Assembly (NCBI GenBank): GCA_030867685.1
Contig: JAQOWU010000007.1
Coordinates: 2,108,001-2,172,000, forward strand
Length of the DNA: 64,000 bases
Direction: 5' to 3'
Origin: Wickerhamiella versatilis
Taxonomy: Eukaryota
This document shows positions 10,089 to 19,520 of this stretch, piece by piece. Each line of letters opens with the position of its first letter. Position 1 is the stretch's first letter. Position numbers and translations under genes: made by a program. A model generated the notes under the pieces. The model saw only the letters and a list, made by a program, of their open reading frames with translations. It did not search any database and was not told the DNA's origin.

Positions 10089-10731
10089 TTCAACTGACGT
10101 CAGCGTTCAGTTTCGGTGCAAGACAGTGAGAAGTGATCCCAGAACCGAGTTATCGCGTGCGCTGTCTAAAACACTTAGACATGCGGCAAAATCGCAGGGA
10201 ATACCTCAGGATAATGAGGGTTGGTGTTTCATAGAGGACTTGCTTTCCAGAAACCCATATAAGTCGAGAGGTACGACCTATGAAGGCATTCTTGAAGTGA
10301 TTGCTAATGATCAAAAAAAACGCTACGAGCTAAGCGAGGATGGGCAGAAAATCCGTGCATGCCAAGGCCACAGTGTGAAGGTTGACGTGGGACTTGTTGA
10401 ACTAAACGAGGCACCGAACGTCCTAATTCATGGAACCTCCCAAGAAGCATGGAATAATATCCGTTCGCAGGGCTTAAGCAGAATGAAGCGTCTGCATATA
10501 CATCTTGCATCAGGTCTGCCTGGAGAAAATGGCGTCATAAGTGGGATGCGCCCGTCGAGTCCGGTTCGAATATATATAGATGGAGCAAAACTATTGTCGG
10601 CAGGTATCTCGCTATATAAGGCGTCTAATGGTGCAATTCTTTGTCCCGGGGACGGTTCTGGGCTTATTGGTCCCGAGTATTTCTCTCACGTAGAAATTCG
10701 TAAAGACAATGAATGGGTTAGGGAGAAATAA
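10039..10731 (+). CDS. TPT1: tRNA 2'-phosphotransferase (start uncertain)
   Basis: LSRALSKTLRH, KKRY, IRACQGHS, HGT, GLSRMKRLHIH, ISGMR, SNGAIL. Confidence 0.92.
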   Translation: MANPTYSLPGGNALGDISTDVSVQFRCKTVRSDPRTELSRALSKTLRHAAKSQGIPQDNEGWCFIEDLLSRNPYKSRGTTYEGILEVIANDQKKRYELSEDGQKIRACQGHSVKVDVGLVELNEAPNVLIHGTSQEAWNNIRSQGLSRMKRLHIHLASGLPGENGVISGMRPSSPVRIYIDGAKLLSAGISLYKASNGAILCPGDGSGLIGPEYFSHVEIRKDNEWVREK

Positions 10732-10758
10732 ATTGATGTAATTAGGTATAGTTCAGAT

Positions 10759-11859
10759 TTACTGGTCATTAAAGTAGGCGTTCATTTTTTCAGCAACACC
10801 GAGAGGCAGTCCAAAAAGGGGGTTCATAGGTTTGATACCACAGGTATCTTCAAGTGGCACTGCTTCCCATTTAAAGCATCCACCATGGGCAGTATACTCG
10901 TACAGAGCATGGGAAAGCCCGCATAGTACGTAATTAGTGTGGTAGGCGTCTGGATGCGCACCAGGCTTATCACGGAGTCCACCCTTACTGCATTGGCAAC
11001 AGCAGCATATATATCTTTCAAGCCCCTCTCGATTCCAAAATGACTTGAAGTCGAGTGCATTCTCTAGCAGTGCCCAGCACCCGCCGACCCAATGACTATA
11101 ACAGCCGTCAACAAGCTTATTCGTACGGCCAGTAAAGCCAGGAACTTCTTGGTCTTGACGCGCAACAAGCCATCTCAAGAGCTGCTCAGGATTTCTTATA
11201 TGTTCAAGTTCTCCAAGGAAGTACAACGATGCGACGCTACAAAAGGCGTAGCCACCGTGGGCTTCACCTAATGGCGTATTGGCAAAACCACCCTCATATG
11301 TCTGACAATCCCGGAGAAACAAAGCAGTATTTTTCGTGAGCTCCTCATCATCTCCAAATCCAAGGAGCGTGGCCACGGAGAGGGCACAATAACTAGCACG
11401 GGGGTCGGCCTCGCCGTGCTCACACACCCTAAATGATCCATTGCTTAGTTTCATTCTGAGCATGAACTGACGCATCTTCTCTCGATCTATCTGGCGCCAT
11501 GTATCCTCATTATTCGTCAGAGCTAATGCCATAACCGCAGCGTAGGTAGTTGCAAGATGAGATGCCTGTCCGTACCCACCACCAAAACCACCCGACTCAT
11601 TCTGAAAACTTAGAATAGTGGCTGCTACAGCTGACGAGTATACACTTATGTCTTCGCCCAACAATGCCAGTCCGTTGATGCACCAGAAGATAAGCCAGGG
11701 CTGTGAAGCGTCGAGAGCTTTGAACCCTGCTGGAAGAGGACGAAGCATTTTCTGCAGAAATAGAGCATGTACTCGTGAATTAAAAGCTCCATCACCTTGC
11801 AGCAGAGGGCCACAGGTCTCCAACAAGCCCTTTTGTGCTTCCAGGGTTTCACTGCTCAT
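10759..11859 (-). CDS. RAM1: Protein farnesyltransferase beta subunit
   Basis: LDASQPWLIFW, GGFGGG.GQ..HLA.TYA, EAHGGYAFC, GRTNKLVDGCYSHW, GGLRDKP, DAYHTNY. Confidence 0.93.
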   Translation of the reverse strand: MSSETLEAQKGLLETCGPLLQGDGAFNSRVHALFLQKMLRPLPAGFKALDASQPWLIFWCINGLALLGEDISVYSSAVAATILSFQNESGGFGGGYGQASHLATTYAAVMALALTNNEDTWRQIDREKMRQFMLRMKLSNGSFRVCEHGEADPRASYCALSVATLLGFGDDEELTKNTALFLRDCQTYEGGFANTPLGEAHGGYAFCSVASLYFLGELEHIRNPEQLLRWLVARQDQEVPGFTGRTNKLVDGCYSHWVGGCWALLENALDFKSFWNREGLERYICCCCQCSKGGLRDKPGAHPDAYHTNYVLCGLSHALYEYTAHGGCFKWEAVPLEDTCGIKPMNPLFGLPLGVAEKMNAYFNDQ

Positions 11860-12331
11860 GCGCTTACACACCTCGCCTCTTCATCATGACATTTTATCTT
11901 GTGTGCCAGGAAGGGGAGGTTAGGGACATGAAAATGAATGTTTAACCAGGGGTATTTATTATGGACGAAACTGACAATCTTTATAAGGTGGAACCTACTT
12001 GATACCATGGCGGTGGTGTGATTTCTGCTTGTATGTGCCGTGTAGTCAGCGTAGCGAATTAGCATTGACTATATAATATCAAAGATTGAATGCTAGCTAC
12101 TAATACCATGCCACAAAAAATACTCAATATGTGTCCTTTATTTCCCCCCCTTTTTTTTTGCAGCGGGTTAATTAATTCAATATACAGTGTTAATCGTTAC
12201 TCATCCTCCGACGTCCAATTCATTCGTAAGTGTTTGCACAATGCACATTGTCGCAAAACATTAGCCTTTGCTTTTGGCAATGATGCTGATTTTCCCCTCT
12301 ATTGATAGAGCAACTGTCTCTCTTCGCTTAA

Positions 12332-12787
12332 GCTTTAAGCATTAACGATGGTGTTTGTGACTATTCTGTTTGTTGTGATGGTAGCGATGAGGCACCCGGG
12401 CTATGTCAAAATAAGTGCTCAGAAGTGCATGCTGCATATTTAGAAGAACTTGAAAGGAATATGAATCGTCGTAAAGAGGGGTGGGAGCTTCGTAAGACTC
12501 TTGTTGCTGAAGCTGAATCACGTAGGTTACAATTAGAGCAGACTGTGAATTCGATTGATACAAATCAGCTACAAGCACAAGTACGCTCGCTTGAAGAAGA
12601 TCTGGAGAGGATACAAAAGGAGGACGCAGATTTTGGAAAGGGTGTTGATGTGACGTCACTTAAACAGTTGGATCAAGCAAAGCAAGCAGTTAAACAGTTT
12701 GATGAAACTGAAAAAGTTTTGATTGACCTCGTTCAATCATGGAAATCTGCTTATGGAGAGCTTGAATCTGCCCTATCTAAAATGTAG
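12332..12787 (+). pseudogene. GTB1: Glucosidase II beta subunit fragment (no in-frame start, no C-terminal half)
   Basis: Frame reads ALSINDGVCDYSVCCDGSDEAPGLCQNKC followed by coiled coil; preceded by in-frame TAA at 12329; stops at 12787 without MRH domain or HDEL. Confidence 0.6.
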
Positions 12788-13100
12788 ATGAAGTGATTGG
12801 TAAGGACACTGCCGATCGCATCCGTGCATTTAACGGCAAGAACACTACGTTGGGAATGATTTCCTGGTAACGATAACTAGGTGAAGTTGTGCAGGTGAAT
12901 ATAGCGTCGTAGATGTATTCTTGTTTTCCACAATATACTCCAGTTTACTACTCGAGACTGGTTGGACAATGCAACATAGCCTAATTAGCACTTTGAGATT
13001 GGTCGGTCTTTTCATTTGATTGTGGCCAAATCAAATGTGGTTCCCCGCTGAATAATTGCATATATTGATATTGACACAACTCGACGTCCCTGCGCATAAG

Positions 13101-13727
13101 ATGGGCGCATTCGGGGGTAGGCGTACTAGTATGTTTCTTTCTCCGATAGCAGAAGAATCACCCCCACCAGATTTCGGACCGCAGTGCATGACTCCAATCC
13201 GCTCCTCAAGCACGCGCAGACAGTCAATTGGGGTTAATATTCCCGTGAACCACAGGCCAGAACGTGGATCGACAAATTGGCTGCCACCTTCAGGTTTAAA
13301 AGGAACGCATGTGATACGTGCGCCCACAACCACCGATCCATCAGATGAATCCGAGAATAATGATGCATTTACATCAATTTTCAAGCCATCTCAGACAAGA
13401 TCCAATCGACCACAACAGAACAATAATAATCCTCGTCAGATAGTTAGGAGAAGAAGCCCTCTGGGTTCATTGCCTAATGACACGGGTCCTGATATCACAA
13501 GTAATCGACGTGCCTCATTGCCTAAACGACGCAGATCTACACTAGTACCACTCCATCCGCCACGGCCCACCTCACAACAGGGTAATACAACTCAAATTGT
13601 GTCAGTGGAGGGAGTAAAGAACTTAAATACTGGCAGGACATCCTACGACGACTTCAGCCATCTACCGAGCTATATGCGACCGACTCAAGCCTCTCTAGGG
13701 TGGCGACGAGACAAAGTTAGTCGTTAG
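13101..13727 (+). CDS. Hypothetical basic, disordered protein
   Basis: 208-aa ORF from first ATG; SP/TP sites, RRxS motifs, C-terminal LPSYMRPTQAS. Confidence 0.6.
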   Translation: MGAFGGRRTSMFLSPIAEESPPPDFGPQCMTPIRSSSTRRQSIGVNIPVNHRPERGSTNWLPPSGLKGTHVIRAPTTTDPSDESENNDAFTSIFKPSQTRSNRPQQNNNNPRQIVRRRSPLGSLPNDTGPDITSNRRASLPKRRRSTLVPLHPPRPTSQQGNTTQIVSVEGVKNLNTGRTSYDDFSHLPSYMRPTQASLGWRRDKVSR

Positions 13728-13982
13728 CTTAAGGATTGCATCGATCGATAGCCCTTCGGCAACGTGCCTCTGTGGCTGGTCTGCAGATTTCCGTAAGCCG
13801 CAAACAGTGATTACTATCATTTGCGATGATATAATGCAATTTAGCTCAGGACTTTAAGGTGGGCCAATGGCCAATTTGAACCTGTCTTCGTAGGATTAGA
13901 TATATTATAGTTGCAGTAGAGAGCCTTCCCTTACGAACGTAACTTAACCTCAAGCTTGCGCAATTTGAAAATATATCAAGCC

Positions 13983-14000
13983 TGACTTCCCAAATAGGCA
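13983..14000. promoter_or_regulatory. Mcm1-type CC(N6)GG element
   Basis: TGACTTCCCAAATAGGCA, 90 bp upstream of ATG 14091, followed by a TATA-like element at 14034. Confidence 0.45.
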
Positions 14001-14090
14001 TAACCCTTAACCCGTTTGATATACCCCCTAACCTATATATGTCTCAAGCAGCTTACTTCCCCAGCTTCTAAACTGTGAATTAAACGCAAC

Positions 14091-14468
14091 ATGTCTTCAG
14101 CATCTGATGTACAGCCTGTGATCGACTCCATAAGGAGTAATGGCACGGATACAGTGCCCCCCAAGACCACTGGCTTCCTAAACCTGGATAAAATTGCGCC
14201 CACCGAGGAGCAGAACGACAGTGATGCACCTGCTGGATACTATTCCTCCAATTTACAGGTCGGCTCCGCCCAAGATCTCCACGGTAAGGGCCATCGACTT
14301 TGGACTAACCAGCATGAGGAGCAAGAGCTTGCGCGCCGGGAGCGCCGGGAAAATCGCGAGCGAGGCCACTTTATTGCAGACGTCCCAGACTTCGACCACA
14401 AAGCTCACAAGGAGGCTTGGCAGAAGGAAAAGAGCGCACAGGAGAAAAGTTCATGCTGCGTGATGTGA
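14091..14468 (+). CDS. Small hydrophilic protein with C-terminal CCVM prenylation motif
   Basis: 125 aa, good start context, upstream TATATAT, ends KSSCCVM*. Confidence 0.75.
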   Translation: MSSASDVQPVIDSIRSNGTDTVPPKTTGFLNLDKIAPTEEQNDSDAPAGYYSSNLQVGSAQDLHGKGHRLWTNQHEEQELARRERRENRERGHFIADVPDFDHKAHKEAWQKEKSAQEKSSCCVM

Positions 14469-14821
14469 GGTCTGCCTTTCTTTCCCTCTCACACTTGTCA
14501 AACAAAATAAAAATGGAGAAGCTATCTACCTCTTGCTCGAAATGTTACCAAAGTAGTACTGGATGACCATTCCATAACTAGCTAAGCTTCGAGACCCCGA
14601 GGACATTTTTAGCTCGTAATGGGAGTCATAGATTTGGCTTCGTGCTAAATTATTAGTAACTAGCTGTCCGAGATAATTGCAGTGCATACTAGGCCTGTTT
14701 TACGCTAAACAGTTTATACCTTTTGAGATAAAAAAGACTTACTTACATCTATATCTCTACATATTTGTACTCAGGTCCCGTCCTCTCGATCTGTCATCTT
14801 ATTCAGCGTCAGGAAATACGG

Positions 14822-15595
14822 ATGAGTGGATTGGGTGATAGACGCAGAAATTTGGGCCCTGTTGATGCAGTGCCATTTCAGGTTCCTTTCACAAAGACTC
14901 AGCCAGCTCTTCGTGATGGTCTCCGACCAGTGTATATCAGCCAGGGTGTGGCTGCTCATGCAACTGGATCGGCATACGTGGAATCTGGTGATACCAGAAT
15001 ACAAAGCTCAGTTTATGGCCCTCAGCAAGCCAGGGGTACAGGGGAGTTTAAATCACAGGCACAAGTCACTGTAAATGTTGATATTGAGTCCTTTGCCGGT
15101 TCCCGGTCAGGTGATTCAAACGTAGAACGTACTATAGCTGACTTTGTACGAACCTCGGTTATCCCGGTGATGATTCTCAAGAACTATCCCAAGTCCGATA
15201 TTATCATCCGATTGTCTGTCCTGTCAGCGCCCCACGAGGCCTTGGCATCTCTGCTAGCCGTGGCAGTGAACTCGACAGTTTTAGCCCTAGTTAATTCAGG
15301 GATTTCATTGCGTGATATGGTAACAGCCGTGGGGGCAGCCATCTGTGACGATGGGCGGGTTGTGGCAGATGTGGATGCAGAGCTGCATCGAAAGCAAGCC
15401 GTTTGTAGTTATTCATTGGGCCAGGGCGCTGGAAAATTGGTTGGCTTTCTGGCCACCAGTGATGTAGATATACCAAAAAACGAACTCGAGTCACTATTTA
15501 AAAAAGCTGAAGAAGCGGCAGTGGATTTACGCCGTCTTTTTAATGGATATCTTGTTGAGAACTATGCCGAGACGACAGCGGCTGCCCAAAAGTAA
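14822..15595 (+). CDS. MTR3: Exosome RNase PH-ring subunit Mtr3
   Basis: N-terminal DRRRNLGP, GSAYVE, VYGP, YPKSDI. Confidence 0.85.
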   Translation: MSGLGDRRRNLGPVDAVPFQVPFTKTQPALRDGLRPVYISQGVAAHATGSAYVESGDTRIQSSVYGPQQARGTGEFKSQAQVTVNVDIESFAGSRSGDSNVERTIADFVRTSVIPVMILKNYPKSDIIIRLSVLSAPHEALASLLAVAVNSTVLALVNSGISLRDMVTAVGAAICDDGRVVADVDAELHRKQAVCSYSLGQGAGKLVGFLATSDVDIPKNELESLFKKAEEAAVDLRRLFNGYLVENYAETTAAAQK

Positions 15596-15737
15596 AATTG
15601 ATTGCGTGCTTAGAGAAAGGGAAAAAAGCCGGCGCATCTCCATCTCATAATTTAAACGAGCAAGAACGAACGATTATAATTGCATAGCCTGTAAGGAGAA
15701 ATTAATAAGTTTTCTAGGCAACACTGGCGATTTAATT

Positions 15738-16874
15738 TTAATACTTTAATCTTTTAACCACATTTGCCCAGTGAAGCATGACGCTATCACTTATATATTC
15801 ATGGGCCAGATTTTCTGCAATCTGAACCTCATCGTTTGACGTTACACCAATCTCGAGAGTATCCTCTATGCAGTCCATGTGAACTTTCTCGCCATCAAGA
15901 TCCTCTATAAATGCAAATATATCATATTGCTCCGGTGGTATTGGATATGCAAAGATTCTAAGCGCTTGAGAAAGCCGACAACGTGCATGCAAGGATAGCC
16001 ATTCGTATTGCATGCGCCGCCGCACTCCAGACTTTGCGGCTTCAATGGATTTTGCAACAAAATATTCGTGCCCAAATTGGTTTTCCAAGTCATTAAATAG
16101 TTCCCAGAACTGCGGTATGTCAAGTTCCAGGTATAATTCAACCAGTTTACGAGCGGATGGAAAAGCAAGCTCCGCAAAAACTGGATCGTCAAGAAAGCTA
16201 CTGCCAATTGCTGAGCGTTCCAAGGATGTGAGCGCACATAAAACAAGGATTAGACAAAGGTTATGTTTTTGTATCCAAGGACTAACTGGGCATGGTTCAG
16301 AATGTAGAAGCACAGCCAAACAATCCGGAAATTTCCCCAGACACCAAGTAGCCAACGCATAGTTTGCGCCGAGCGGTAAAAAGAAGTCATCACGCTTCTC
16401 TTTGAGAAATAAAAGATGCTTTCCAATACTTGTTTCTATTAAGGACCAATTTTGTTGGAGAATATCTAGATGCGATACCGAAAGCAATCCTACTATATCA
16501 AGGCTGGGATTGCTACTTCTTGCACTCTGATAGACCCTATAGGCTTGTCGATACAGACCACGTAGCGTGAGCAGATGTCCTTCCTCTAGGTACAACTGGC
16601 CGAGTGTTATGAGATCCTGAGAAACCATCGCATTTTGTTGCTTTTGGCGAAGTTCATTGGTTTTCCTGTTATACTTGGCAGTTGCATGCTCGAGCCACAT
16701 TCGGTGTTGGGATGGGGTGGACTGGGAATCAGGGCCAATAGCTTCGAGAACGTGGGACGCCCATTGCTCATTATATGTATGTTTTGTTATCAGATTGTAA
16801 GCTTCATAGAGCTTATTTTGGCGTTCCAATTCGAATATTGTCGCAACAACCTCATAAGGCGGCCCTTCCGACAT
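15738..16874 (-). CDS. Divergent PCI protein, COP9 signalosome subunit 1-like
   Basis: WLEH...KTNELRQKQQNAM...LGQLYLEEG...AYRVYQSAR aligns with the CSN1/RPN7 helical domain; C-terminal PCI-like pattern; start may lie further upstream. Confidence 0.55.
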   Translation of the reverse strand: MSEGPPYEVVATIFELERQNKLYEAYNLITKHTYNEQWASHVLEAIGPDSQSTPSQHRMWLEHATAKYNRKTNELRQKQQNAMVSQDLITLGQLYLEEGHLLTLRGLYRQAYRVYQSARSSNPSLDIVGLLSVSHLDILQQNWSLIETSIGKHLLFLKEKRDDFFLPLGANYALATWCLGKFPDCLAVLLHSEPCPVSPWIQKHNLCLILVLCALTSLERSAIGSSFLDDPVFAELAFPSARKLVELYLELDIPQFWELFNDLENQFGHEYFVAKSIEAAKSGVRRRMQYEWLSLHARCRLSQALRIFAYPIPPEQYDIFAFIEDLDGEKVHMDCIEDTLEIGVTSNDEVQIAENLAHEYISDSVMLHWANVVKRLKY

Positions 16875-16938
16875 CCACGGTCCGGGCCAAGCAGGCTTGG
16901 TAAGCACAGGCACTTGAAATGACTTGATCTGGGCTAGT

Positions 16939-16965
16939 ACACACACACACAGATATATATATATA
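16939..16965. repeat. Compound (AC)6-(AT)6 microsatellite
   Basis: acacacacacacagatatatatatata. Confidence 0.8.
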
Positions 16966-17225
16966 GTCTTAACTGCATAAATATTCTCAAGAAGAGTCTA
17001 AAATATAATAGGTATAGCCTTGTAGACTGAGCCCGTAGGAAACTATAAAGCAGCCTGGGGTATCCGGGGATTGAGATAACACAAACGACCGTTTCTAAAT
17101 TTTCACATTTATTTGAGGTCATAATATTATCTTATGTACAGTAATTAGAAACCCAGTCGAGGCAAATTTCTCGATCCTAAACATACACAATGACCTAAGC
17201 AAAATTAAAATTCATTTGCAAACAT

Positions 17226-18020
17226 ATGCGTCTCAAACAAAAGCTGGCAAGGCTGGTCAAAGATAACCTGCCACGCCAAGCTCCCCCTCGCAAAGTGTGG
17301 TCTGAGAATCAGGAGCTCAGGGATAAAATCAAGGCGACGTTTAATCTACCATTACCGGAATTCTGTCGCCAGAAGGCCCAATTTGACTATCATCATGGGC
17401 TGGTCCTAAAATTGTTGAAGACTGATAAAAAGCGGTTGAATAACGGCGTGCTTGTGTCACATGATATGTTTTACTGGCTCCGTGATCGCAACATGGAAGT
17501 GCCAGCCTTGTGGATCCTTCGTTTGTCGGGACCGATGAAAGGTTCTGTCGCTCGAAACCAGCTCCTGCAATGGCTTCAAGACCATCGCAGTTTGAAATCA
17601 GCTGAAACCGTTCGGCGGTGGACCAAAAAGTGGGGCTTCAAAGATTCACCAAGAACGTTAGCTATTGCTACCGCTAAAGTCACTAGTGTTGCCGAGGCGA
17701 GAAGGGCATACTCCGAAGCCAAAGTGAAATATTCTGCAGATGCTAAGTCGCGAAGAATTATTGGTAATAAGCTCCTTGAAATGGTGGCATTATCAGACGA
17801 TCCAGAGTCTGTCTGGGCTTTTTTTCGCTCCCTTCAAAAGGACATCGTCACAATGCAAATTATGACTGCGGCATTGATAAAGTCAAGGGAATTGCGAAAG
17901 TTTCGTCCATTCTTGCTGGAACTAATCAATAACATGACAGCATCTCAAAACATAAAGGTTGACTCCAAACTTAAGGAATCCCTCGACCTGCTCAATAGCT
18001 TGCCTGTGAGCTCGTCTTAG
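17226..18020 (+). CDS. Putative mitochondrial PPR-like helical repeat protein
   Basis: Basic amphipathic N-terminus; RNQLLQWL...AETVRRWTKKWGFK and GNKLLEMV...VWAFFRSLQKDIVTMQIM resemble degenerate PPR motifs. Confidence 0.45.
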   Translation: MRLKQKLARLVKDNLPRQAPPRKVWSENQELRDKIKATFNLPLPEFCRQKAQFDYHHGLVLKLLKTDKKRLNNGVLVSHDMFYWLRDRNMEVPALWILRLSGPMKGSVARNQLLQWLQDHRSLKSAETVRRWTKKWGFKDSPRTLAIATAKVTSVAEARRAYSEAKVKYSADAKSRRIIGNKLLEMVALSDDPESVWAFFRSLQKDIVTMQIMTAALIKSRELRKFRPFLLELINNMTASQNIKVDSKLKESLDLLNSLPVSSS

Positions 18021-18096
18021 TCCTAAGTATCCCGCTTACCTAACCAGCAGGTTGGGCATCTCCCACTGTGAAATTTTTTAGGGGCTCTCAGATCTC

Positions 18097-18727
18097 ATGT
18101 CGGGGCTTCTCGAACCCTTTGTGGGCGGAGGGAAGACTGTTTCGAGCTTAACTGAATACAAGCTGGCCGAAGCTGCGACCCAGTTTGCTCAAGCTGGCAG
18201 CATAGATGCTGCTGTAGCCTGTGCACTTCTCTCCCCGTGGTCCTGTGGAGGGATACTGGAACAGCTTGGGCGACAGTCTGAGCTCGAGGACCTGGTAGTG
18301 GCTAACCCGCGTTTTCTCACGTCTGAAAGTTCCCGGCGCCTATCCAAAGTCCTTGGGGTTGACGTATGGCGGTTGTGTCTCGAGCGCAACGTCTACTCAT
18401 TTACGCGTCTTGCATATTCGGTGCGTTTTCTGACCCTAGCGCGGGTGTCGGGGTTGGAAATGGATGAGGTACTATCTCTTGTGATAGATATGATCTCCCA
18501 GGGAAAGCTTGCCGCCGAGATCGATGATGTTAGTGAGGTCCTCATATTCTCCTCTGTAAAGCAGTCGGAGCTGGTTTCTTCGATATTAGAGGGGAGTTAT
18601 CGAGACCTTGAAGACTTAAAAGAAAAGGTATGTTAATGATGAACAAGACAATATAAACTCAGCTCACACTGATGCAAGCTTGATGTGAAGTCTTTAATTC
18701 TGAACAAATTCTAACCTCCAGTGTTGA
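18097..18727 (+). CDS. Miniature COP9 signalosome subunit 4-like PCI protein, join(18097..18627,18722..18727)
   Basis: KLAEAATQF...AAVACALLSP and LERNVYSFTRLAYSVRFLTL...DMISQGKLAAEIDDVSEVLIF match the CSN4 pattern; predicted terminal intron. Confidence 0.65.
18628..18721 (+). other. Spliceosomal intron (94 nt) hosting a snoRNA
   Basis: AAG|GTATGT donor, TTCTAAC branch point 18709-18715, CAG acceptor ending 18721. Confidence 0.8.
18631..18707 (+). ncRNA. SNR71: Box C/D snoRNA, snR71/SNORD29-type
   Basis: Box C ATGATGA 18636-18642, D' CTGA 18669-18672, C'-like TGATG 18681, D CTGA 18700-18703; guide TAAACTCAGCTCAC complementary to conserved LSU rRNA GUGAGCUGGGUUUA; the D'+5 rule points to the A equivalent to yeast 25S Am2946. 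Confidence 0.85.
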
Positions 18728-19009
18728 TAATTTAATTGATTGCAACGTAACACAGCATGAGCAGCAGATCAAAAATGTGTCGTCGATGCGTTAACGCTTC
18801 CTCTGCTGCTATTGCTGAACGTAATAATAACTTATTTACGCGAATGGTGCCACGAATATTTATTTAGACAAATGATGAATGAATGCTAAGATAATATAAT
18901 CATTAAACTTCGTGTTTATTTAAATTTTTTATCCTCTTTTTCCTGAGAATATATTCCTCCTCACCATTTAGTTACAGGTGGTTAGGGATCACATTAAGCG
19001 TCGCACCTC

Positions 19010-19501
19010 ATGGACCCTCTTCGCTTGAACCACAAGGAAAAAACGCCTAATGAAAATTTGGTATCTGAGCGCGCAAAGCATTGGCTAAGATATTTGAAAA
19101 CTCGGGATAACATCCCATTCAGCGTATCGGAGGACGTCTGCAGTGCCCAGATTCGAGGCGATAGTCCAATTCCATTCAGTGGAAATGCAGAGGCATTAAA
19201 ATACGGAAGATATGAGCTTATCAGAAAGCAATTGAGCTGCCAATCACAGCAATTAGCCGAAGTTGAGCTTTTACGGGAAATTCAGCACGTAGATCACCAA
19301 ATTATTCTGTTTAAGACTAGAAGGCAGATTGAGGGCGAGAGGAGGAGGTATCAAGAAGAATTGAGTGCCCTTCGTCGCAGGCTTACCAACGACGACCAAG
19401 ATAGCGCCTCGCCAACAAGTAAACGGCGACCCCTCAGGCGCGTTCCCAGTGCCCTCTCCCTAGCCACTCGAGCAATATCCCGTGGCAAGTCCTGTTCATA
19501 A
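19010..19501 (+). CDS. Hypothetical coiled-coil protein
   Basis: 163-aa ATG ORF filling the gap between genes; E/R/Q-rich heptads. Confidence 0.55.
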   Translation: MDPLRLNHKEKTPNENLVSERAKHWLRYLKTRDNIPFSVSEDVCSAQIRGDSPIPFSGNAEALKYGRYELIRKQLSCQSQQLAEVELLREIQHVDHQIILFKTRRQIEGERRRYQEELSALRRRLTNDDQDSASPTSKRRPLRRVPSALSLATRAISRGKSCS

Positions 19502-19520
19502 AAAAATGCAGATAGTCTTT

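Noticed and set aside
18006..18050. Possible intron (GTGAGC...CTAACCAG) fusing ORF 17226 to the CSN4-like gene
   Set aside because: Spliced frame stops after about 7 codons and is not the CSN4 frame
18872..18946. ATGATGA...CTGA second C/D snoRNA candidate
   Set aside because: No recognisable rRNA guide or internal boxes; AT-rich background
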